The position numbers were made by a program, and so were the translations under genes. Of a stretch of 64,000 bases of DNA, positions 56,101 to 64,000 are shown one piece after another (the first letter of the stretch is position 1; the number at the start of each line of letters is the position of its first letter). Source of the DNA: Dehalococcoidales bacterium (lineage in GTDB: Bacteria; Chloroflexota; Dehalococcoidia; Dehalococcoidales; RBG-16-60-22); contig DAOULS010000080.1 in the NCBI GenBank assembly GCA_034418415.1, positions 8,513 through 72,512 of the forward strand, in the 5' to 3' direction. The notes under the pieces were generated by a model. It ran no database searches and had not been told where the DNA came from. It saw nothing but the letters and a program-made list of their open reading frames with translations.

Positions 56101-56615
56101 TCGCCAGCGCCGTTCTCGAGGACTTCAGCGGGCAGGTGGAGGTCATGGTCTGGCCCAAGGTCTATGCCGAGACCGATGAGCTCTGGATGGAAGGCAACGA
56201 GCTCGTCATCCAGGGTAAGGTCAGGGTGCGTGAGGACAGGGCACAGATAAGCTGTGATAACGTGCGCCTTTACCAGCCGCCCCGCGAAGGGGAAGAGACG
56301 GCAGCCCGCACGCTACCTGAAAAACAGGAAGCCCCGGCGGAAAAACCTGCCCCAACACCCGCCGCTAGGCGTCTATTGATAATCAACCTCCAGCAGACCG
56401 ACGATGAATCGGGCGATATCGCCCGGCTGGGGAAAATCGTGTCTGTGCTTAAGTCTTACGACGGCCGCGACGAGGTGCAGTTGAACGTTATTAACGGCAG
56501 CGGGGCCGTCCCGCTGAAGATGCCCGGTTTACAGACTGGCTATTGCCCCGAGCTGGAGCAGCGTCTGGTGGAACTGGTAGGGGAGGCGGGACTTAAAGTG
56601 GAACAGCTTAAGTGA
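53109..56615 (+). CDS. dnaE: DNA polymerase III alpha subunit
   Basis: PHP domain (FTHLHVHTEYSLLDG), polymerase core (MPDVDMDF, GLLKMDFLGL), an OB fold and a 1168-aa length. Confidence 0.96.
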   Translation: MFTHLHVHTEYSLLDGMCSIPKLVARAKELGMDALAITDHGVMYGVIEFYQAAKEAGIKPIIGCEIYIAPGSRFSKNAVDRNNYHLVLLAKDQTGYQNLIQLITKAHLEGFYYKPRVDKELLEQHKDGLIAMSACNSGELSQYILNGRYEDAKQAALWYKETFKDYYLEIMRHPIPELEAVNKYLVEMGKELDIPIVATNDTHYVKKEDASAHDILLCIGTNTTIHDDKRMKMAGDFFYLKGPEEMAELYKDIPQALENTERIAEMCNLEMEFGRLHLPEIGIPEGKTPDQFLADLCYENLEKYYPDPTPEIKKRLEYELEVIKTTEFANYILVVWDIISFTRSKNILFGVRGSAASSLVLHCLGITPLDPLDFNLVFERFLNIERKEMPDVDMDFQDDRRDEVIAYVTQKYGQDHVAQIITFGTLGARAAIRDVGRALGMSYGDVDRVARLVPGNPGMTLARAMDDNHELRKIYEEDEIVRNLVNTARRVEGVSRHASTHAAGVVISREPLTKYVPLQRSSRTENQEAVMTQFSMNDIARIGLLKMDFLGLANLTILGKAKDIIKEKHGVDIDLFNLPMDDKKTYDLLAAGETAGVFQLEGSGMRRYIKELKPSVFSDIAAMVALYRPGPMEHIPRFIDAKHGKIPIRYPHPALESILKETYGVIVYQEQVLLIVQEFAGYSLGQADIFRKAMGKKIAETMKKEKRAFISGAKKKGFTTEIAEEVFALIEPFTGYAFNKAHAWCYALIAYQTAYLKANYTAEYIDAFLTIHAGELEKTAGAIAECRRLNIEVLPPDINRSQLDFSIESNGDGSPAIRFGLAAVKNVGGGAIEPLIKERNKNGMFKSIEDLCRRANLQSVNRRVMESLIKAGALDSLGNRGALLNSVSRILSLAQREQRLRETGQTTMFDLFGESTAVPLPELELAPSEVTDREKGLWEKELLGVSFSEKPFSPVFSSTNPDTKFCEEINTELNGQNVVLAGRLVSARYLLTKDGRSFASAVLEDFSGQVEVMVWPKVYAETDELWMEGNELVIQGKVRVREDRAQISCDNVRLYQPPREGEETAARTLPEKQEAPAEKPAPTPAARRLLIINLQQTDDESGDIARLGKIVSVLKSYDGRDEVQLNVINGSGAVPLKMPGLQTGYCPELEQRLVELVGEAGLKVEQLK

Positions 56616-56642
56616 TATACTGGAATTAGCAGGGGTGTAACC

Positions 56643-57761
56643 GTGAAAGCTTCATTCAAGCTGTTTCGTATTTTCGGGATAACTATCGGCATTCACTATA
56701 CCTGGATATTCGCCATTATCTTTTTCAGCTGGACGCTGGCGATGGTCTATTTCCCTGGGTATTATCCCGGCTGGAGCACGGCAACCTACTGGATAACGGG
56801 CGTCATCGGGGCGCTGCTCATTTTCGTATCCGTACTCCTGCACGAAATGGCGCACTCGCTGGTCGCCAATGCCAGGGGCATCCCGGTACACAGCATTACG
56901 CTTTTCCTGCTCGGCGGCGCCAGCAACATGGAGGAAGAGCCGCAGAAGCCGGCCGCCGAGTTTGCCATGGCTATCGTGGGGCCTATCACCAGTCTTGTGC
57001 TCGCCGCCATTTTCTGGGGCTTTGCCAGACTGCCGTCGGACGCTGCTACCCCGCTGGCGGCGATGTTGAGCTACATGGCACTCATCAATATGTACCTGGG
57101 CATCTTCAATCTGCTGCCCGGGTTCCCCCTGGACGGAGGCCGCGTGCTCCGGTCGATTATCTGGGGCGCGACGGGCAGTATCACCCGGGCTACCGATATT
57201 GCCGGAATGGTCGGGCAGTTTTTCGGCTGGGCTTTTATCGGCCTGGGTATCTATCTGATGATATCCGTCAGCTTCGTCAGCGGACTCTGGATAGCGTTTA
57301 TCGGGTGGTTTCTCAACAGTTCCGCCGACGCCAGCCGCAAGGAAATCACGCTGCGCGAGCGCTTGAGTCACGTTAAGGTCAGGGAGTTGATGAATCCCGA
57401 TGTCAGCACCATCTCCCCCGAGGCGACCGTCGATGAGATGGTGAGGGACATTTTCCGCAAGCAGCAGGGCAGGGCGGTACCTGTCTGTAAGGATGATAAG
57501 CTGGTCGGCATCGCGACGATTAGCGATGTTAAAAAGGTTCCGCAGAATAAATGGGCGGAGACTACGGTCGGCAGTATTATGACCGGCGAACCGCTTTATT
57601 CGGTAACGCCGGACGATAATTTAAGCACGGCGCTGGTAATGATTGCCAAAAACGATATCAACCAAGTGCTGATTAACGATAACGGCAAGTGCGGCGGCCT
57701 GTTAAGCCGCGCCGACATCATACGTGTTATCCAGATGAACCGCGAGCTGGGCCTTCACTAA
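56643..57761 (+). CDS. Site-2 protease family (M50) metalloprotease with tandem CBS domains
   Basis: HEMAHS zinc motif in a TM helix, NLLPGFPLDGG, and a C-terminal CBS pair. GTG start. Confidence 0.9.
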   Translation: MKASFKLFRIFGITIGIHYTWIFAIIFFSWTLAMVYFPGYYPGWSTATYWITGVIGALLIFVSVLLHEMAHSLVANARGIPVHSITLFLLGGASNMEEEPQKPAAEFAMAIVGPITSLVLAAIFWGFARLPSDAATPLAAMLSYMALINMYLGIFNLLPGFPLDGGRVLRSIIWGATGSITRATDIAGMVGQFFGWAFIGLGIYLMISVSFVSGLWIAFIGWFLNSSADASRKEITLRERLSHVKVRELMNPDVSTISPEATVDEMVRDIFRKQQGRAVPVCKDDKLVGIATISDVKKVPQNKWAETTVGSIMTGEPLYSVTPDDNLSTALVMIAKNDINQVLINDNGKCGGLLSRADIIRVIQMNRELGLH

Positions 57762-57781
57762 AGCCTTTAAGCTGGCGACTG

Positions 57782-57997
57782 TTATTTACTCTCGTCCATG
57801 GCTTCGGTAATATCTTTGGCCATCTTAAGGAACAGCTTGCGCAGTCGTTTCATCACCTCTTGGGCGGCCTTTTCGCCGGCGGCTCTGGCATCCTCGGCGG
57901 CTTGCCTGGCGTCGGCCGCGGCATCCTGGATGTCATCGAGAATTTCGGGGAGAGGTTTGTTGAAAATCTGGTTCTTTTCGCTTACTTTGTCAGCCAT
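57782..57997 (-). CDS. Small Ala/Asp/Glu-rich helical hypothetical protein (71 aa)
   Basis: ATG 57997 is preceded by AAGGAG. The track's longer N-terminal extension (to 58117) lacks an RBS and overlaps the radC start. Confidence 0.5.
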   Translation of the reverse strand: MADKVSEKNQIFNKPLPEILDDIQDAAADARQAAEDARAAGEKAAQEVMKRLRKLFLKMAKDITEAMDESK

Positions 57998-58106
57998 ATA
58001 TGCTCCTTTATCTGTTCCCGGACCGCTCTTCAGAATAATTATAGCATAAAGTCTTCTGTGGAAATGACACGACTTTAGTGCTACAATACGGGCGAACAGG
58101 AAGAGA

Positions 58107-58910
58107 ATGACCGGCAAAAAGTCGAATCAGCCACCGGAAGAAGGGCATCGGGGACACCGCAAAAGACTAAGGGAGAAGTTCCTGAAGTCCGGCTTGAGCG
58201 GCTTCCACGACTACGAAATCGTGGAGCTGCTGTTGAGCCTGGGCACGCCGCGTAAAGACTGCAAGCAGTTGGCCAAGGAGGCTATCAGGAAGTTCCAGAC
58301 CCTGCGCGGTGTACTTGAAGCGCCGATAGATGAGCTGGAGAAGATTACCGGCATCGGCGCCCACAGCGCCTTCGGCATCAAGCTGGTGCAGGAGGTCGCC
58401 CGCGAATTTCTAAAAGCCAGGATACTCGATAAGCCTTTCTACCGCTCCTCGCAGGAGGTCTTCGATTATCTCTATCACTCCATGCGCGGACTGAAGAAAG
58501 AGGTCTTTAAGGTACTGTATTTAAGCAGCCAGAACCAGATTATCAATACGGTCGACCTTTCCGAGGGCACGGTTAACAGCAGCTCCGTCTCCCCCCGCGA
58601 GGTCATCGAGGGTGCCCTTAAGAGCAACGCCGCCGCCATTATATTCGTGCATAACCACCCCTCCGGCGCCGTCGAACCGAGCACCAGCGATAGGGGCCTT
58701 ACCCGGGAACTGGTCTATGCCGGCCGGATTATGCGACTTAAGGTGCTGGACCATATCATCATCGGCGAAAACAAGCATTACAGCTTCGCCAGCGAGGGCT
58801 TAATCGAGGAGTACGAGACGGATTTCCTGAACCAGATGCTGCGGGGAGCCGCCGAGGCCAGGAAAAGGTTTTATAAAGTCAATATTGCCGGGGAAAACAC
58901 TAAATACTAG
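58107..58910 (+). CDS. radC: RadC-family JAMM domain protein
   Basis: GHRKRLREKF N-terminus, HhH region and the JAMM motif HNHPSG. Confidence 0.9.
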   Translation: MTGKKSNQPPEEGHRGHRKRLREKFLKSGLSGFHDYEIVELLLSLGTPRKDCKQLAKEAIRKFQTLRGVLEAPIDELEKITGIGAHSAFGIKLVQEVAREFLKARILDKPFYRSSQEVFDYLYHSMRGLKKEVFKVLYLSSQNQIINTVDLSEGTVNSSSVSPREVIEGALKSNAAAIIFVHNHPSGAVEPSTSDRGLTRELVYAGRIMRLKVLDHIIIGENKHYSFASEGLIEEYETDFLNQMLRGAAEARKRFYKVNIAGENTKY

Positions 58911-59410
58911 CCCGACCCCTTTTCAAGGGCGAGCAGACGTTTTTTCATCGCCAGTCCGCCGGAAAATCCCCCCAGGCTGCCATCGCTGGCAATCACGCGG
59001 TGACAGGGTATGACTACCGGCAGCGGATTTTTCCCTAAAGCCTGCCCGACCGCTCGCGCCGCAGCCGGATTCCCGATTTGCCGGGCTATCCAGGCGTAGC
59101 TGCGGGTCTCGCCGCAGGGTATTTGCCGCGCTGCCTCCCAGACTTTTCGCTGGAAAGCGGTAGCCCCCTGTAAATCCAGTTTATCCGGGAAATCTACACG
59201 GTGTCCCATAAAGTAGTCTTTGAACCGCCTGACAAGGTCTTTAAAATGCTCTTGAGACAGGGTGGCTTGAACGGTATCGGTGCCGAGAGTGGCGGTTGCC
59301 TTTTCTCTGGAGGGCTGGGGCAGGGTAGTGCGTGTCAGTCCGGCGTCCGAACCCAGCAGGCCTACCCATCCCGCGGCTGTATTGAAGATGACATAATGTT
59401 TGGTTGGCAT
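58907..59410 (-). CDS. ogt: Methylated-DNA-protein-cysteine methyltransferase
   Basis: Active-site PCHRV and the upstream YAWIARQIG...ARAVG helix-turn-helix region. Confidence 0.9.
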   Translation of the reverse strand: MPTKHYVIFNTAAGWVGLLGSDAGLTRTTLPQPSREKATATLGTDTVQATLSQEHFKDLVRRFKDYFMGHRVDFPDKLDLQGATAFQRKVWEAARQIPCGETRSYAWIARQIGNPAAARAVGQALGKNPLPVVIPCHRVIASDGSLGGFSGGLAMKKRLLALEKGSG

Positions 59411-59958
59411 TATTTGAATTCCGGCTCGATGATGCCGTAGTTGCCGTCTTTACGCCGGTACAGCAGATGCACTTCGCTGGCATCTGAATCATAGAAGAGG
59501 AAAAAGTTATGCCCGAGGTGTTCCATCTCCGCGATGGCTTCTTCCTGCGTCATCGGCTCGATAATAAAACGCTTGGTCTTGACTACCTTCCTTGCAGTAC
59601 CCTCTGCTTCCGGTTGCTGGAATTTACCCCTTGCCAGAGGGTTGCCCCGTCCGCGGTCGTACAATTTACCCTTGTGCTTCTCTAGCTGCCGGGTCAGGAC
59701 GGCCGTTATCTTGTCGGTGGCTTTCATGATGTCTTCGGCCCTTTCTTCGCCGTGAAACACCGACTTTCCCACGCCGCTGTTGACCGTCGCCCGAATCAGG
59801 TAGCGCTGCTCCCGGGACTTGGTCTGTTCCTCGGACACCTCCACCTTGATGTCTATAATATCGGGGAGGTGTTTGTTCAGCTTATTAAACTTACGCTCGA
59901 TATATTTGTTTACGGCTGCCGTTATTTCCGTGTTCGTCCCGGTTATTTGAAGTTCCAT
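59410..59958 (-). CDS. hpf: Ribosome hibernation promoting factor, long form
   Basis: N-terminal S30AE/RaiA domain (MELQITGTN.EIT.A...YI..K..KL) plus a C-terminal dimerisation domain (KRF...PM..EEA...ME..GH.FF.F). Confidence 0.9.
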   Translation of the reverse strand: MELQITGTNTEITAAVNKYIERKFNKLNKHLPDIIDIKVEVSEEQTKSREQRYLIRATVNSGVGKSVFHGEERAEDIMKATDKITAVLTRQLEKHKGKLYDRGRGNPLARGKFQQPEAEGTARKVVKTKRFIIEPMTQEEAIAEMEHLGHNFFLFYDSDASEVHLLYRRKDGNYGIIEPEFK

Positions 59959-59999
59959 GTTTTCACGCTCCTGAAAGGATTATTTATACGTAGGTCGGT

Positions 60000-60716
60000 C
60001 TATATTTCCAGTGCCACCGTCAGTCCCCACACGCTGGCGGCGCCGGCTTCCTTCAGTATTTCCGCGCAGGTATTGAGAGTAGCCCCGGACGTGGATACGT
60101 CGTCGATTATTATCACCTGTTTACCTTTTAAACTCTCGCCGGAGCAGGCGAAGGCGCCGGCGATGTTCTTACGCCGTTCTGCGGCGCTGGCTGTCCTTAC
60201 CTGCGGCGGCGTGTTGATGCTTCTTGTAAGGCTGTCCTCGATGACAGGCAGTCCCTTCTTCCTGCCCAGCGCATGCGCTATCAGTGAGGACTGATTATAA
60301 CCGCGCTCGCGCAGACGTTTGGGGTGTATAGGCACCGGCACCAGGACATCGCCGGAGATGGGGTTCTCCAGGAGGTAGTCGTGCAGGAGACCGGCCAGCA
60401 GCGGCGCGATTGCCTTGAGATTGCGGTATTTGAACTCGTGAACCGCCTTGCGGATAACGCCGTGAAACAGGAAGGGAGCGCGGATGCCGTCGATGGTAAC
60501 CGGCTCTTCGATACAGCCGGGGCAGGTGTTTTGCTCCGTCAATGGTCGTCCACACGTGGCGCAGACCGGAGGTGAAATAAGGGGCAGCTTCTCGAGGCAG
60601 GCGCTGCAGATGTATCGACCCTCCCGCCCGCAGCCGATGCACCAGGGCGGGAAAAACAGGTCTAGTGCTACCCTCTTCAGATTCATTATTTGAGGAAGCA
60701 CGTTTGCCATCCGCAA
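60000..60716 (-). CDS. comF: ComF-family protein (N-terminal zinc finger + phosphoribosyltransferase domain)
   Basis: CxxC...CxxC N-terminus and the PRT motif VIIIDDVSTSGATL. Confidence 0.85.
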   Translation of the reverse strand: MRMANVLPQIMNLKRVALDLFFPPWCIGCGREGRYICSACLEKLPLISPPVCATCGRPLTEQNTCPGCIEEPVTIDGIRAPFLFHGVIRKAVHEFKYRNLKAIAPLLAGLLHDYLLENPISGDVLVPVPIHPKRLRERGYNQSSLIAHALGRKKGLPVIEDSLTRSINTPPQVRTASAAERRKNIAGAFACSGESLKGKQVIIIDDVSTSGATLNTCAEILKEAGAASVWGLTVALEI

Positions 60717-60747
60717 TTATCAGTCGGTCAAACGATTCGCCGGAATA

Positions 60748-60960
60748 CTATCTGGAGCGGGCATTATGCATCGCGCCGCTCATGATAGGTTCGTCTCGAT
60801 AGACGTCACCGTTCCTGATTTTCAAATTAAAGCCGCAATCGGGGTTAGTGCAAACCCAGGCTTTAAATTGTATGGATGCTCCCTGACTGCCGAAGTCGGA
60901 TAAAGGCACAAGGTCACCGGTATTACACTTCTGACATTTTGGAAAATTGAACTGTTCCAT
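60748..60960 (-). CDS. Small zinc-ribbon hypothetical protein (70 aa)
   Basis: CQKC...CTNPDC cysteine pairs. Strong GGGAGGAGG RBS. Confidence 0.5.
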   Translation of the reverse strand: MEQFNFPKCQKCNTGDLVPLSDFGSQGASIQFKAWVCTNPDCGFNLKIRNGDVYRDEPIMSGAMHNARSR

Positions 60961-61071
60961 GGGGTCCTCCTCCCAACCATAAAATAATATAGAATTAACC
61001 GTTTAAGTATACCTTGAAATCGTCCTCTTTGGCAAGTGGAATACCTGATAAGTCATTAATTTAATATTTAC

Positions 61072-61569
61072 TTAGTCTTTTTGTTTGCCGTCGGCGTTGA
61101 TGAAAATCATTTTATCCTGCATCTCTTTGGAGACGAGCTTTTTCAGGGAGGTCTCCTTCAGCTTGGGGGAATACTGGCATTGGATAAAGAGGAAAGGTCG
61201 CCGCACTTTCAAGATACGGAAAGGGCAATGTATGAATTTGGCCGGTATCCATATCATCGTGGACTCCGAGATAATATGGCTTTCCATTTCCGGCCCCATG
61301 CACATTTCCATGTCCGCCCCGAGGTCTTTGGGATTAGCCGGGTCGGTGCCCAGCGCTACCAGCAGTTCCGGGTCATCGTGTATGTGCGGCCCGTGTCCTG
61401 CTACCTTGGTTGCCTCCTCGCCCATGAGCATCACGGAAAAATACTTGCTGCCTTCGATGATGTCGTTATCGGTAAATGCCACCATCGACGGCATCCTGCC
61501 GAAGCCTTTTTTACGCTGCTCCTCCGGCAGCTCGTGGAGGAAGTATTTGCTGTATTTTAGTTCTGCCAT
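61072..61569 (-). CDS. Cupin-like hypothetical protein (paralog 1)
   Basis: HxH...E...H metal-site-like pattern (GHGPHIHDDPELLVALG ... IWIPAKFIHCPF). GGGGAGG RBS. Clear paralog of the 61896 gene. Confidence 0.6.
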   Translation of the reverse strand: MAELKYSKYFLHELPEEQRKKGFGRMPSMVAFTDNDIIEGSKYFSVMLMGEEATKVAGHGPHIHDDPELLVALGTDPANPKDLGADMEMCMGPEMESHIISESTMIWIPAKFIHCPFRILKVRRPFLFIQCQYSPKLKETSLKKLVSKEMQDKMIFINADGKQKD

Positions 61570-61637
61570 GTTTCAATGCCTCCCCAAACAGGGTTTACGT
61601 GATATACCTGTTGATTCTGCTGATTTTTGGGTTGCTT

Positions 61638-61853
61638 TTATCCCTTTATAATCGCTTTAGCCGGGCACCACCACTCGTGGGAAAAGCAGGTATCGCATTC
61701 CGTGCACTTATTCTCATCGATGATGACCGTGTAAAGTATCAAGCCGTCGTCCTCTTTTACCTTATCGGTTACCACAAAAGCGTCTTCGGGGCAGTCCTGG
61801 GTAACGCAGAGTCCGCATTTTAAACATTTCTTGGTATCTATCCTGTAAGCCAC
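61638..61853 (-). CDS. 2x[4Fe-4S] ferredoxin
   Basis: CLKCGLCVTQDCP and CTECDTCFSHEWWCP motifs. GTG start 5 nt after GGAGG. Confidence 0.8.
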   Translation of the reverse strand: MAYRIDTKKCLKCGLCVTQDCPEDAFVVTDKVKEDDGLILYTVIIDENKCTECDTCFSHEWWCPAKAIIKG

Positions 61854-61895
61854 TTTAGCCTCCGTAAGTGAATTTATCTGCCTGATTTATATCCT

Positions 61896-62414
61896 TTAAA
61901 CCATTATCTCCGGGTATTTATCATCGGGCCACATCGACCAGTCCATTCTGGCGCGCGCTTCTTTGGGCAGTATCTGGCGGTAAGACTTCTCCGTGTGCAC
62001 GGGACCCTGATTGAACTCCATGAATATCCAGGGTCGGTCGCACCTGACCGGTTTCCAGGGAGAGTGGATGAAATTCGGGGGTATCCAAATACAGCAGGTG
62101 CGGGTAATGTGGTGCTCCTCCAGCTCCGGCCCCAGGTACATGATTACCTCCGCCCCCAGGTCCATCGGGTTATTGGGGTCGGTGCCAATGTGGAAAAGCA
62201 GCTCGGCGTCTTTGTGGATGTGCGGCGGGTGCCCCGCGTAGGGGAAGTCCCATTCCGGCTGCATCCCGAAACCCGGCATTATCCAGTGTATCAGGTAGAA
62301 GTTGCTGCCTTTCGCCAGGTTGTTGTCCATATAAGCCATCACCGGGCGGCGCTCTTTGGGGAACATCTTGGGGTCGTACTCGTAGATGTATTTAGCGTAC
62401 TTCTTTTCGGCCAT
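61896..62414 (-). CDS. Cupin-like hypothetical protein (paralog 2)
   Basis: AGHPPHIHKDAELLFHIGTDPNNPMDLGAEV...IWIPPNFIHSPW is collinear with paralog 1. AAGGAGGG RBS. Confidence 0.6.
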   Translation of the reverse strand: MAEKKYAKYIYEYDPKMFPKERRPVMAYMDNNLAKGSNFYLIHWIMPGFGMQPEWDFPYAGHPPHIHKDAELLFHIGTDPNNPMDLGAEVIMYLGPELEEHHITRTCCIWIPPNFIHSPWKPVRCDRPWIFMEFNQGPVHTEKSYRQILPKEARARMDWSMWPDDKYPEIMV

Positions 62415-62486
62415 TATCAGCCCTCCTTACTTGTACTTGAAATTTAGTTTACCTTTAAATGGATGAAATTATCAAATTAAAAGCGT

Positions 62487-62515
62487 TTGACATTAGGGAT
62501 AGCTATATATAGACT
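62487..62515 (+). promoter_or_regulatory. Sigma-70-like promoter candidate for the ADH gene
   Basis: TTGACA (62487-62492), a 17-nt spacer, then TAGACT (62510-62515), about 43 nt upstream of the ATG. Confidence 0.3.
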
Positions 62516-62557
62516 ACATAATAAAAACTGCTTCGGCTGGTTTTTCAAGGAGGTCTC

Positions 62558-63649
62558 ATGAAAGCGGCTGTCTGCTATGAATTCGGCAAACCCCTGGTTA
62601 TAGAGGAAGTTACCCTGGACCCTCTGGGAAAAGGCGATGTGAAAGTGCGTATGGCGGCGTGTGCCATCTGCCATAGTGATATACATTCACTTAAAGGGGA
62701 GCATGGCACCCCTCCTCTGCCTATGATACCTGGCCATGAGCTTGCCGGTTACGTCGATGCGGTAGGGGAAGGTGTTACTTACGTTAAACCCGGCGACCGT
62801 GTTATCGGCAGTATTATTCCGGAAGGCTGCGGGCAGTGCTATTATTGTCGTATCGGTCTTTCCAGCCAGTGTACGACCAATCGACTTTATCTATACGGAA
62901 AGGGGAGGTTTACCAGTAAAAAAGGCCAGCGCATCGGGCAATATGCCGGCGCGGTGGCTGGCTTCGCCGAATACGCCGTCATTCCCGAGGTGAACCTGGT
63001 GAAAATACCGGATGACTTGCCCGTAGACCGGGCCTGTCTGCTTGCCTGCGGTGTTATATCCGGTTTTGGGGCGGTAATGAACCGCGCTAAGGTTACGGCT
63101 AATAGCAGCGTTGCCGTTATCGGCTGTGGGGGCGTCGGGCTTAACGCTATACAGGGTTCTTTGTTTGTAGGGGCTTACCCCATAATCGCTGTCGATGTTC
63201 GTGACGGCAAGCTGGCAACGGCTAAGGTTTTCGGCGCCACGCATACGGTAAATGCCAAAACAGAGAAAGACCCCATTAAAAAAGTGCAGGAGATTACTTA
63301 CGGACGGGGTGCGGACTACGTTATTGTGGCGGTGGCGGGCATCGATATCTTAAGACAGGGGTTCATGATGTCAGCCAGGGACGGCACAACCTGCATTATC
63401 GGTCACGGCTGGGGAGAGAAGCTGACTGATTTCACTCCGCTTGATTTCATGGCAGGTAAAAAACTGACCGGCAGTGCTATGGGGGCCGTCCGCTTAAGAA
63501 TTGATATCGCCAGGCTGATTGAGCTTTATAAGGCCGGCCGACTCAAGCTGGATGAGCTTGTTTCCGGTCACTATCCCTTTGAAAAGATTAATGAAGCGCT
63601 GGCGTCCTCGGAAAAAGGCGACGTGATACGCAACGTGATTATGTTTTAG
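62558..63649 (+). CDS. Zinc-dependent alcohol dehydrogenase (MDR family)
   Basis: Catalytic Zn site (CAICHSD, GHELAGYV), structural Zn cysteines (CGQCYYC...C) and the NAD fold VIGCGGVGL. Confidence 0.9.
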   Translation: MKAAVCYEFGKPLVIEEVTLDPLGKGDVKVRMAACAICHSDIHSLKGEHGTPPLPMIPGHELAGYVDAVGEGVTYVKPGDRVIGSIIPEGCGQCYYCRIGLSSQCTTNRLYLYGKGRFTSKKGQRIGQYAGAVAGFAEYAVIPEVNLVKIPDDLPVDRACLLACGVISGFGAVMNRAKVTANSSVAVIGCGGVGLNAIQGSLFVGAYPIIAVDVRDGKLATAKVFGATHTVNAKTEKDPIKKVQEITYGRGADYVIVAVAGIDILRQGFMMSARDGTTCIIGHGWGEKLTDFTPLDFMAGKKLTGSAMGAVRLRIDIARLIELYKAGRLKLDELVSGHYPFEKINEALASSEKGDVIRNVIMF

Positions 63650-63661
63650 TATGTACTGAAG

Positions 63662-64000
63662 TTATTTTAAATAAACATCGAAGTCGATACCCTTCATGGT
63701 GCCGTTGACCCAGGCTTCGACGATTATCTCGTTCTTTAACCTGAAAAGGAACATCAGATTTACGTCTACCTTACCCCCGGCGGGCGGCAACCCCGGCACT
63801 GTGCCGTTAGAAACATAATGAGCCTCGTATAAAAGCGCGAAGAGGTTGCCTTCCCCGGTGAGATATGTCCATTCCTGCTTGATATCGGAGTACGACGCCA
63901 GGGAGTCGAGGATTTGCTGCTTGTGCGCCTCGAAACCATCGACATCCGCGCCGAGCACGATAAAATGGTAAACGACTTTAGGGTCTTCGAGCGCCGCCAG
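63662..64000 (-). CDS. SnoaL-like/ester-cyclase-like protein, 5' end outside the window
   Basis: The reading frame stays open to the window edge, and the track's 'M' at 63958 is an internal GTG. C-terminal pattern ...MFLFRLKNEIIVEAWV... resembles NTF2/SnoaL folds. Confidence 0.5.
   Translation of the reverse strand: MAALEDPKVVYHFIVLGADVDGFEAHKQQILDSLASYSDIKQEWTYLTGEGNLFALLYEAHYVSNGTVPGLPPAGGKVDVNLMFLFRLKNEIIVEAWVNGTMKGIDFDVYLK

Noticed and set aside
56652-57371. 239-aa minus-strand ORF antisense to the S2P protease gene, and 53076..53627 antisense to dnaE
   Set aside because: They overlap strongly supported genes, are compositionally biased (Arg/Gly/Pro/Asp-rich) and have no start context.
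61081-61651. Plus-strand ORFs of 159-188 aa opposite the first cupin-like gene, and 61995..62447 opposite the second
   Set aside because: The minus-strand genes have strong RBSs and are mutually paralogous, which supports that strand. The plus-strand translations are not similar to each other.
1-64000. CRISPR arrays, rRNA genes, IS elements, prophage or toxin-antitoxin/defence cassettes
   Set aside because: I read the intergenic regions for regularly spaced repeats and the ORF set for nuclease, integrase or transposase signatures and found none. The only repeated non-coding element is the 40-nt promoter module.

Overview
A gene-dense, apparently chromosomal 64-kb window from an anaerobic bacterium. 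The gene content hints at a Chloroflexota/Dehalococcoidia-like lineage, but that is inference only. I support about 60 CDSs, one tRNA-Val(GAC) and one gene remnant. I saw no rRNA, CRISPR array, transposase, integrase or phage genes.

Layout:
- 0.1-7.4 kb: translationally coupled chemotaxis operon cheA-cheC-cheD-cheY-cheB-cheR, followed by an HD-GYP protein and an unknown zinc-ribbon protein.
- 7.4-9.4 kb: divergent pair of lipoprotein-signal versions of two normally cytoplasmic enzyme families, acetolactate decarboxylase and DUF62 SAM hydroxide adenosyltransferase.
- 9.4-19.1 kb: six-gene operon of giant HdrA (with an inserted GltD/NfnB-like module)-HdrC-HdrB-MvhD-MvhG-MvhA, flanked by an RHH-REC regulator and a membrane histidine kinase.
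- 19.2-22.4 kb: MscS channel, J-domain protein and FAD disulfide oxidoreductase.
- 22.5-35.3 kb: a block whose transcription units all carry the same 40-nt promoter/operator module (six copies). It contains a small wHTH protein; an operon of a selenocysteine (in-frame TGA) peroxiredoxin-like gene plus three GH130 domains, one fused to a DUF5679-like zinc ribbon; an OmpR-type RR; a lone REC; a DUF4118-PAS histidine kinase; a tandem USP; a HEAT protein; and a P3A-type H+-ATPase.
- 35.3-50.5 kb: LuxR regulator, a Liv-type ABC transporter with an embedded acyl-CoA synthetase, and a split PEP-synthase-like (phenylphosphate-synthase-like) pair with an isochorismatase-like hydrolase, a BCCP-less carboxyltransferase and a UPF0261 protein. 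The block ends at the tRNA-Val.
- 50.8-64 kb: housekeeping genes (dnaE, S2P protease, radC, ogt, hpf, comF), a cupin-ferredoxin-cupin trio, a Zn-ADH and a partial SnoaL-like gene.

The items most worth follow-up are the six-copy promoter module that defines a local regulon, the unrecognised selenoprotein, the GH130/zinc-ribbon fusion, the HdrL-Mvh operon and the split-dikinase/carboxyltransferase cluster.
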